Below the pieces are notes generated by a model. That model saw only the letters and a program-made list of their open reading frames with translations, did no database searches and had not been told where the DNA came from. From NCBI GenBank assembly GCA_022844165.1, contig JALHMH010000003.1, positions 184,890 to 248,889 of the forward strand: 64,000 nucleotides of DNA. Reading direction: 5' to 3'. This stretch comes from Lysobacterales bacterium. GTDB lineage: Bacteria > Pseudomonadota > Gammaproteobacteria > Xanthomonadales > SZUA-5. A program made the translations under genes and the position numbers. Shown here piece by piece: positions 56,921 to 64,000 of the stretch; position 1 is the stretch's first letter, and the number at the start of each line of letters is the position of its first letter.

Positions 56921-57784
56921 TCACCTGAGGTTTTTGGGTTGGACTATTCGAAGTCTGGCCGTGATAAATCGAGACAGCAGCGACTTCTCCAGCGGGGTTA
57001 TTGATTCCTGCATGCGTGCCGCCGCATTGACCAACTGCCAAGCGGCGACGTCACGTCCGTCGAGGCCAGTATGGCGCAGATAATGGCGCAAATAGAGGTT
57101 GGCGAAGAGACGGCAGAAGCGACGGGTCATCCAATCGCCGCAACGGTAGTTGAATCCGCACAGAACCCAGCTTCTGGCTGCGTCGCAGATTGGATTGCCG
57201 TAACTGGTGTCACTCCAGTCAACGACCGCAAGTCGCGCCGGTCCGACGACGAGATTCTCCCAATGATAGTCGCCATGGCAGAGCGTCTCGCCGTCTGGAA
57301 GCCGTTCGAGTATGACTTGGAGCTCGTTGCGATGCTCTGCAGCCAGTATTGAATCGTCTGCGATCTTAGCTGCGAGGCGCTGCTTCAGGGATGGCAGTTC
57401 GGCGGCACCAAATTGCGTGTGGATTTGGGCGTGATGCCGCGCAAGAGTTGCAGCATGGTGGAAGAGCTGCCATGGGCGGTCGCCCATATCCACGGCCATT
57501 GAGACGCCAGGGATGCGCTCGTACACAATGCCGAAGCGATCCCAATCAAGCACGTGTGCGAGTTCCGGCCGAACGGAGGGTACGGGGAGACCGAGCGTGG
57601 CAACGTAAATGTCAATTCGATGTTGTATTGCAATCTGCTCGAAGAGCGTGTCTTTGCGATAGAGCTTCAGCAGCCACCCGTCTTCGAGAATATGGATGTC
57701 GGCCATGCGCCTGGCGAAGAGCCGGTCTTTCAGCTGTGCCGAACGAAGCGTACGTATCGGTGCTGGCGGTCGGACGGTATTCAA
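56921..57784 (-). CDS. Aminoglycoside-phosphotransferase-family kinase
   Basis: LLKLY, Brenner motif CHGDYHWEN, VVDW, G.P..D. Confidence 0.85.
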   Translation of the reverse strand: MNTVRPPAPIRTLRSAQLKDRLFARRMADIHILEDGWLLKLYRKDTLFEQIAIQHRIDIYVATLGLPVPSVRPELAHVLDWDRFGIVYERIPGVSMAVDMGDRPWQLFHHAATLARHHAQIHTQFGAAELPSLKQRLAAKIADDSILAAEHRNELQVILERLPDGETLCHGDYHWENLVVGPARLAVVDWSDTSYGNPICDAARSWVLCGFNYRCGDWMTRRFCRLFANLYLRHYLRHTGLDGRDVAAWQLVNAAARMQESITPLEKSLLSRFITARLRIVQPKNLR

Positions 57785-58581
57785 GCGAGTTTAGTGCCAA
57801 CTGCGATCATGCCGGGGATTGCCGCGAAAAAACCTCCGTTGCGCTCGGCCGCCCGTAAAGCGGCCCACCATTGTGCTAAGGCAACGGGGTCTATCGTGTC
57901 GTACGCCGCTGCTGAAAGCGCGGAAGCCGTCATCCCGTAGTAGGTGTCGAATGGCATGACAAAGGTCATTGGTTCCAGGTTCACGTCGCTGAGTCCGATG
58001 TCTACGAAAAAGCGGCGTAACGAACCACCAATCCAGGGGTTGGGCACCGCTTCCGCGACGATACACTTGACCTGCTCGGAGATGCGCCGATCAGTAGCGT
58101 CGACCATAAACCCAGAGTAGTCGAAGTCGAACACGACCATTCGGCCCCCGATGCGTAAAACGCGCGCCATTTCGCGAAACATCCGATGCGGCGAATCGAC
58201 ATACTCCGCCACTCGTTCGGCGCGGACCAGGTCGAAGCTGGCATCTGCGAAAGGCAGCAGTTCGGCGTTTCCATGAAAGAACTCGATATTCGAGTCCTTT
58301 GTTCTGCAGCGAGCCTCGGCAATCGCCGCTGCACTGGCATCAATGCCGACCAGTCGTCCGCCGCTTCCAACGATCGCAGCAAGTCGACGGATTTCATGGC
58401 CAAGCCCACAGCCGACATCCAGTACGTGTGCACTTGGAGCGGGGGGCGCAAGGTCTCGCATGCGCGCCTTGCAATTCTGTGTGAAAGGCAGAGCCTCGGT
58501 GACGTCCAGGAATTCGATGACGTGCGCATCAGTGGCCAAACTGTTGACACGCCGGAAACCCTCAGTTGTCTTGGCATTCAT
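57781..58581 (-). CDS. SAM-dependent methyltransferase (UbiE-like)
   Basis: VLDVGCGLG, LPFADASFD..RAERV, EMARVL..GG. Confidence 0.9.
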   Translation of the reverse strand: MNAKTTEGFRRVNSLATDAHVIEFLDVTEALPFTQNCKARMRDLAPPAPSAHVLDVGCGLGHEIRRLAAIVGSGGRLVGIDASAAAIAEARCRTKDSNIEFFHGNAELLPFADASFDLVRAERVAEYVDSPHRMFREMARVLRIGGRMVVFDFDYSGFMVDATDRRISEQVKCIVAEAVPNPWIGGSLRRFFVDIGLSDVNLEPMTFVMPFDTYYGMTASALSAAAYDTIDPVALAQWWAALRAAERNGGFFAAIPGMIAVGTKLA

Positions 58582-58617
58582 CGATATCGGACCAAACCGT
58601 AGTGATCGGAATGCAGG

Positions 58618-59868
58618 TCAGTTCCAGTAAGCCGGTAGCCGCTGCAATCCTCGCAGGGTAAACGTTGGTAGCCACTGCGGCTTGAAGCCACTGGCAATGC
58701 GTAGCGCAGGCGCTAGTTCGAGCAGCGTTTGGATTGCGGCTTTGACTTCAATCGTCGCCAGCTTAGCTCCGATGCAATAGTGCGGACCGCCGCCAAACGT
58801 GCAGTGCCTGGGCGATTCGCGCTGCAGTTGGAGTCGATCCGGACAGGTAGTGTTTTCTTCGTCGCGATTGGCTGCGCCGAGCAGCGGTAACACACGCTCC
58901 CCTTTCCGGATCACGCAGCCACCAATCTCGACGTCTTCGTTCGCGTACAGGATGTTGCCGGTCTGTACCGCGCTATCGAACCGGATCAGCTCTTCAACCG
59001 CATTGTCGATCAGCGCAGGTTCGGAGCGCAACAGCGCAAGTTCCGCGGGATTCGAATACAGCGCGAACAGGCAAGTGGAGATCAGGTTCTGAGTCGACTG
59101 GTGGCCGGCGAAAAACATGAAGAACATGTGCGCTGCGATGCACTCGGTCGTGAGTTCGGGATCCTCGGCCTGCAGTCCCAGCAACTCGCTGGTGAAGTCG
59201 TCGCTCGGCGCGCTGCGCTTGGTTTCGCACAGGCCCTCCAGGTACTGCATGATCTGCCGGATGTTGTGTTCCGCAGCAATCACTTGTTCGGCGCTGATCG
59301 GCGCTACGTCCAGCAAACCGGGCGCAGGGATCATCGACTCCTCCACGAACATCCGACGGTCCTGGTCTGGAATGCCCAGCAGTTCGCAAATCACCATTGC
59401 AGTCAGTGGAAAAGCATAGTCGGCAACCAGGTCGATAAAGCCCGCAGCGCGCTTGCTTTCGACCAGTTCGCGGGCGAAGCGTTGCGTCGGCTCCTCCAGT
59501 CGGATCATGCGCGAGTGACTGATTGCTTTCACCATATGCGAACGCAAGCGCGTGTGCACCGGTGCATTGTGATTGACCAGCCAATGCCGAGTCACTTGTG
59601 TCGAGTAGCGCGCCAGCCCGGCCTCACCTTGCGTGTCGCGAATGCCGGCTTCGAAATCGCGCCGAAAGCGCTTGTCCTTGAGCAAATTGCGTACATCTTC
59701 GTTGCGGGTGCAGATCCACATTCCGTAGCCGGAGCGATGCACGGGCTCGCGTTGACGCAGTAGCTTCAATGTAGGGTACGGATCGTCGCGGAATGCCTTC
59801 GAGCCGGGGTCGAATAGCTTCTCGTGCATCGGTAGCGTAGCGTGCAGGACTTCGGTTCTAGTGTTCAT
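58618..59868 (-). CDS. Cytochrome P450
   Basis: H.RLR, I-helix FAGHQST, EELIR, heme motif FGGGPHYCIG. Confidence 0.95.
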   Translation of the reverse strand: MNTRTEVLHATLPMHEKLFDPGSKAFRDDPYPTLKLLRQREPVHRSGYGMWICTRNEDVRNLLKDKRFRRDFEAGIRDTQGEAGLARYSTQVTRHWLVNHNAPVHTRLRSHMVKAISHSRMIRLEEPTQRFARELVESKRAAGFIDLVADYAFPLTAMVICELLGIPDQDRRMFVEESMIPAPGLLDVAPISAEQVIAAEHNIRQIMQYLEGLCETKRSAPSDDFTSELLGLQAEDPELTTECIAAHMFFMFFAGHQSTQNLISTCLFALYSNPAELALLRSEPALIDNAVEELIRFDSAVQTGNILYANEDVEIGGCVIRKGERVLPLLGAANRDEENTTCPDRLQLQRESPRHCTFGGGPHYCIGAKLATIEVKAAIQTLLELAPALRIASGFKPQWLPTFTLRGLQRLPAYWN

Positions 59869-60223
59869 CGCGATTGAAGGTTTCTGCCAATCTGGCGAGG
59901 CTCGGCCTGGGAGTTGTGAACATCTGCGATCATCCGGCCGCCACTGACGACGCGAAAGCGCCGATCGTCACGGCTGCAAAGGCCGAAGCGTCGAAGTGAG
60001 CGACTCAAGCGCCGATTTTGTGCAAGTCGACCGAACGAGTTGCTGTCGATTTGTCGTTGCAGCAAACAAAGACGAGCCGCAGTCAACGGAACGTCTCTGT
60101 GCATCGAGTGTTGTCGTCATACGCTGTTCAAGCGGCGCCCCGTGCAACGGCACGGCCGCCGTGCATTTCGGCTGGCAAATTGCAGGTGCGCCGCGGGCTG
60201 CGATTGCCGCCAATTGCCATGAC

Positions 60224-61012
60224 TCATTCGCCGGAGCCATAGCCGATGAATAAGCGAACTCGCCAATAGGCCTTGGCAAGCACAAAGAGCACTTCTTTGA
60301 CCGGCTTTTGCGAAAAGTACTTCTGCATCCAACCGATGTGCTGATACATCACCTCTACGTGAATTTTTCCGAGTATCTGCGCGGCGATCCAGTAACGCTG
60401 AGCATAGTACTCGGGGCGCATCAAATCGAAGGAAATGACATATCGGTTATGGTCGGTGTTGTTCCACGCAGTGTGTTCGCAGGCATCATTAAAAATGAAG
60501 ACCTTGCCTTCCGTCCAGGACGTGGTTTGATCGCCGACGCGAAATCCGCAGCGGGGCAATGGTGCCGGCACGACCAGGCCCATATGACAGCGCATCATCG
60601 CGTCGGTATCGCCGATGTGCGGTTTAATTGTCGAATGTGGCTCAAGCAGGTGAATCGAGCACGATGTGAGATAGGGAATGTTGCGGAAGATCTCCCAGGT
60701 CTTGGGGAATCGTGCAATGTTCTTTCGCGACTTCATCGTCCAGTACATCAAACCGGCAGTTCGCCAGGAAGCCTTGGTATTGGTCTTCGCGAGGTCATGA
60801 TAGGGGACCAGCTCGCTTTGCCCTTCCGCGATCACCTGCAGCAGCTCATCGCGGATTGTCGTCCAGTTCTCTTCGACATGGCGAACAGCCTCGATGCCAG
60901 TGGGATCGTAGAAGTACGGCATGTCGTGGGGATAAGGAATCGGGCCGTCCGCAAGCCAGGGGCGCTTGGGTTTGCTCTTTTGCGGGTTCAGCGACAGTGG
61001 TGTTGTGTTCAT
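60224..61012 (-). CDS. Asp/Asn beta-hydroxylase-family 2OG-Fe(II) oxygenase 3
   Basis: LEP.STIKPH.GD, RCHMGL, W.EG, FND..EHTAWN...RY. Confidence 0.88.
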   Translation of the reverse strand: MNTTPLSLNPQKSKPKRPWLADGPIPYPHDMPYFYDPTGIEAVRHVEENWTTIRDELLQVIAEGQSELVPYHDLAKTNTKASWRTAGLMYWTMKSRKNIARFPKTWEIFRNIPYLTSCSIHLLEPHSTIKPHIGDTDAMMRCHMGLVVPAPLPRCGFRVGDQTTSWTEGKVFIFNDACEHTAWNNTDHNRYVISFDLMRPEYYAQRYWIAAQILGKIHVEVMYQHIGWMQKYFSQKPVKEVLFVLAKAYWRVRLFIGYGSGE

Positions 61013-61043
61013 AGACGGTCCTTTGTCGAAACTTGGGCGTAGA

Positions 61044-61793
61044 TCAAGACTTAGTGGCGAGTTGGACGCGCGCCAGCACGCGCAGAACCTGGAATACGAG
61101 ACGCTTGCCAAGCTGACCGCCGAAAAACCGCTTCAGCCAGGCGACCTGCTGAAAGTAGATTGCCGCCTGGATAGAGGCCAACACGCGAGCCGAGGTCGAG
61201 CGCCGCTGGGAAACGTACTCGGGCCGCATGATGTCGACCACCAGGATGTATCGTTTGGCGTCGGTGTTGTTCCAGGCGGTGTGCTCGTGCGCGTCGCAAA
61301 ACATCAAGAACCTGCCGTTCTCCCAGCTTCGGATTTCGGTTCCGACTCGGAACGCGCAGCGTGGCGCACTGGCGGGAACTTCGATCCCCATATGGCAGCG
61401 GACGATGGCATTGGTATCGCCATGGTGCGGCTTGATCGTGGTATGCGGCTCGAGCAAGTTGAACGAAGCGCCGCAGATGTTGGGCACGTCTTTCAACAGT
61501 GCCCAGCTCTTGGGACACTTCGCGACGTTTTCCGCTATGACATGCATCCAGAACATCATGCCGAATGTCTTCCACTGGCCAGGGCGGTTCGTCATTTCCA
61601 TGTTGGCGTAGGGCTGAAGATCGGCACTGTCTCTGGCGAGCAGGGCCTGTAGCTCGTCGCGGAACACGGTCCAGTTCGCTTCCAAATGTCGCACCCATGG
61701 AAACGCTGCCGTATCGAAGTAGAACGGTTCGTCGCCTTCGAATTCGCCGCCGTCCTCGGCGAACCAGGGTTGGTCTTTGGCCAGGGTGTTCAT
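61044..61793 (-). CDS. Asp/Asn beta-hydroxylase-family 2OG-Fe(II) oxygenase 2
   Basis: IKPHHGD, RCHMG, F.DAHEHTAWN, RYIL. Confidence 0.88.
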   Translation of the reverse strand: MNTLAKDQPWFAEDGGEFEGDEPFYFDTAAFPWVRHLEANWTVFRDELQALLARDSADLQPYANMEMTNRPGQWKTFGMMFWMHVIAENVAKCPKSWALLKDVPNICGASFNLLEPHTTIKPHHGDTNAIVRCHMGIEVPASAPRCAFRVGTEIRSWENGRFLMFCDAHEHTAWNNTDAKRYILVVDIMRPEYVSQRRSTSARVLASIQAAIYFQQVAWLKRFFGGQLGKRLVFQVLRVLARVQLATKS

Positions 61794-61809
61794 GGTCTAA
61801 CCTCGTTGA

Positions 61810-62583
61810 CTAGAGAAGATCGTATAGTGGCAGCCGTAGGAACATCAGGGTACGGAACATCGAGTAAGCGAGCCGGCGCAGCACCGCTTCGCCCCACTTA
61901 TTGGCGAACAGGCGACGAAGCTGGGTGTGGCGGGTGAGCATGACATCCACATAAATATTGCCGAGCACACGGCTCGATACCCACTTCTCCATCCCGACAA
62001 ACTCCGGCCGCATCACATCGAAGCTCAGAATGTAGCGATCTTGATCGGTGTTGTTCCAAGCGGTGTGTTCATGCGCATCGTTGAACATAAAGATGCGCCC
62101 CTCCTCCCAGCTGAAGGTGGTCTCCTTGACGCGTAGCCCGCAGCGTGGTGCCGGTGCTGGCACGATCAGCCCCATGTGGCATCGGATCATGGCGTTGGCG
62201 TCGCCGTGATGCGGCTTGATCGTTGAATTTGGTTCGAGCAGCAACAACGAGGCTGACGTCAGGTGCGGAATCGTCTGCAGGATGGCCCAAGTTTTCGGGA
62301 ACATCGCAATGTAGCGATCCGACTGAAATGTCCAGTACATCAGCCCGGCCGTTTTCCACGCACCCTTTCGATTGGTCATATTCGGATCGGGATAAGACAG
62401 CAACACGCTGTCCCGCCCGCCAATCGCAGACAACAGTTCGTCCCGAATTGTGTGCCACTGCGCTTCGATCTTGGGCACCCAGTCGAATTTAGACGGATCG
62501 TAGACATGGGGTTCGTGTACCGGGTGGCCGCGATTGTCGTAGGTCGTCCATGGGCGTGGGCGCTGTTCAAACATCGCCGACAT
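61810..62583 (-). CDS. Asp/Asn beta-hydroxylase-family 2OG-Fe(II) oxygenase 1
   Basis: IKPHHGD, RCHMGL, FNDAHEHTAWN; GAGGAGG RBS. Confidence 0.88.
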   Translation of the reverse strand: MSAMFEQRPRPWTTYDNRGHPVHEPHVYDPSKFDWVPKIEAQWHTIRDELLSAIGGRDSVLLSYPDPNMTNRKGAWKTAGLMYWTFQSDRYIAMFPKTWAILQTIPHLTSASLLLLEPNSTIKPHHGDANAMIRCHMGLIVPAPAPRCGLRVKETTFSWEEGRIFMFNDAHEHTAWNNTDQDRYILSFDVMRPEFVGMEKWVSSRVLGNIYVDVMLTRHTQLRRLFANKWGEAVLRRLAYSMFRTLMFLRLPLYDLL

Positions 62584-62625
62584 CGAAGTTCCTCCTCGTC
62601 CACATCGCTCGAATGTTCATCTCGC

Positions 62626-64000
62626 CTACCGGTGCGCGGCGTCAGCCGCAAGCAGCCTGGCCAGTCGGGTAGCCACCGAATTGAGCACTGATCCGCGCAG
62701 CAGCTCGTAATGACTGCACGCGAGCACATCTAACGTCAGGCCACCAACCGCGACACGCCCCCAAGTCCTCATCGGATTGCGTTCGGAGCGATCGATCGAG
62801 TCGGCACACTTGGTCAGGTGTACCCGGCCTGCATATTCGCCAGGACGGTACGCAGTCCAAGCCTTGAAGTTGCGCTGATAGACATTCAGCTGTGCCCGAA
62901 ACTGCTCCAGTCCGCAGTCTGGGGGCAGCACCGACAGGGCCTTCAAGGCCACCAGCGATTGTGCAACTGGATCCGGATCCGGGCCGAGATCGACATTTGC
63001 CAGCCACTCGGCAGTAGGCGCCAGACCATTGGTTCGCACCAGATCTTTGACGAAATTGTCCAGCATCTCCGAGTCGTTCAGATCGTCCCGATCGACATGC
63101 GCGTCGAAGAGATAGCTGTCGAGCAACATGAGCACCGAAATCTCTTCTCCGAGCGCGCGCAGCTGGCGAGCGATTTCGAATGCGATGACGCCACCGAGCG
63201 ACCAGCCGCAAAGCGCGTAGGGTCCCTGTGGTTGAACCGATCTCATCGCGACTACGTACCGTGCTGCCATCCCTTCGATCGTGACGCTGCGGTCTGACGC
63301 TGCCTTGGGGCTCTCGAGCGCGAAAGTCGGGCGGGCGTCGCCGAGGGCGCGGGCGAGTTCGGCATAACAACTCACTCCACCGGAGACTGGATGCACGCAG
63401 AACAGTGGCGATCCTCTGCCGCCTCTGTGCAGCGGCACTAAAGACCTCAACGCAAGTTCCTTGTCGACACCGGGCGGGCGCGGCATCTTGCGACCGGTAA
63501 GGCCAAGCCGTTGCGCCAGCCTTCTCACAAGACCTCGCGGTGCCTCCGATGTCGTAGGATCATCTTCGGCCCAGACGGGTCGTTCGCCCGAACTCGAAGT
63601 GCCGCTGGCGACCAGTTCCCGAACGTGGTCCGCGAGGTGCTCGATGGTTCCGTGCTCAAACAGCGTCATGAGATCGATTTCGACGCCGAAGCGGTTGTAA
63701 ATGCGGACTCGCAGGCTCAGGGCATTCAGTGAATGCCCGCCGTGTTTGAAGAAGTTGTGGTTGATTCCAACTGGCCGATAGTTGAGTACCTCACCCCAAA
63801 GCTCCGCCAACGCGGCTTCGACGTCGTCGCGAGGTGCGATGGTCTCTTCGCGACTTTCGATCAGCTCTTGTGCAACCGCAGGCAGTGCCTGGCGATCGAT
63901 CTTGCCGGCAACGTTGGTTGGCAGGGCGTCAAGGAGAACAATCGACGTAGGCAGCATGTATTCGGGCAAGCGCTGCCGCAGTTCGGCGAGCAAATGCTCT
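62626..64000 (-). CDS. NRPS C-terminus (end of A domain, PCP, thioesterase); 5' part outside window
   Basis: LPEYMLP...GKIDR.ALP (A9/A10), FF..GGHSL (Ppant Ser), LFCVHP, GWSLGG, C-terminal His. Confidence 0.95.
   Translation of the reverse strand, partial: EHLLAELRQRLPEYMLPTSIVLLDALPTNVAGKIDRQALPAVAQELIESREETIAPRDDVEAALAELWGEVLNYRPVGINHNFFKHGGHSLNALSLRVRIYNRFGVEIDLMTLFEHGTIEHLADHVRELVASGTSSSGERPVWAEDDPTTSEAPRGLVRRLAQRLGLTGRKMPRPPGVDKELALRSLVPLHRGGRGSPLFCVHPVSGGVSCYAELARALGDARPTFALESPKAASDRSVTIEGMAARYVVAMRSVQPQGPYALCGWSLGGVIAFEIARQLRALGEEISVLMLLDSYLFDAHVDRDDLNDSEMLDNFVKDLVRTNGLAPTAEWLANVDLGPDPDPVAQSLVALKALSVLPPDCGLEQFRAQLNVYQRNFKAWTAYRPGEYAGRVHLTKCADSIDRSERNPMRTWGRVAVGGLTLDVLACSHYELLRGSVLNSVATRLARLLAADAAHR

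Noticed and set aside
59869-60223. 355-bp gap in the NRPS cluster as a small ORF (MbtH, ferredoxin or precursor)
   Set aside because: Candidate ORFs lack MbtH Trp motifs and ferredoxin Cys spacing

Overview
GC-rich gammaproteobacterial DNA. Gene content and order (TrpR-like regulator-hisG, mtnP-hpt-nagZ-CYTH, adk-mpl, pfp, xps-type T2SS, epmB-efp-mtaD-ubiG-gph) suggest Xanthomonadales/Lysobacterales; this is an inference. Bases 1-24.5 kb are mostly housekeeping genes, with a PIN/HTH toxin-antitoxin pair and an RLAN-RimK/GNAT pair. Bases 24.6-49.2 kb form one co-oriented cell-surface locus: an exosortase-H-associated-like membrane protein, a gspE-N/gspD type II secretion cluster, a lipoprotein, a probable S-layer protein, two tandem Cys-rich secreted paralogs, a PPIase, Wzm/Wzt, two GT2s, a methyltransferase and an unusual 600-aa GT-like protein with an RRE/PqqD-like N-terminus. 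Bases 49.2-56.8 kb are housekeeping. From 56.9 kb to the window edge lies the 3' end of an NRPS cluster: PCP-TE, three tandem Asp/Asn beta-hydroxylase-family oxygenases, a P450, a methyltransferase and a phosphotransferase. Notable non-coding structure includes palindromic or heptamer repeats read in-frame in the leader regions of GspH, GspJ and GspK, a ~220-bp structured repeat present twice with compensatory base changes, a five-hairpin MITE-like element, and a TrpR-type operator. No tRNA, rRNA or CRISPR array was seen. All product calls come from motif recognition by eye; no database search was run.
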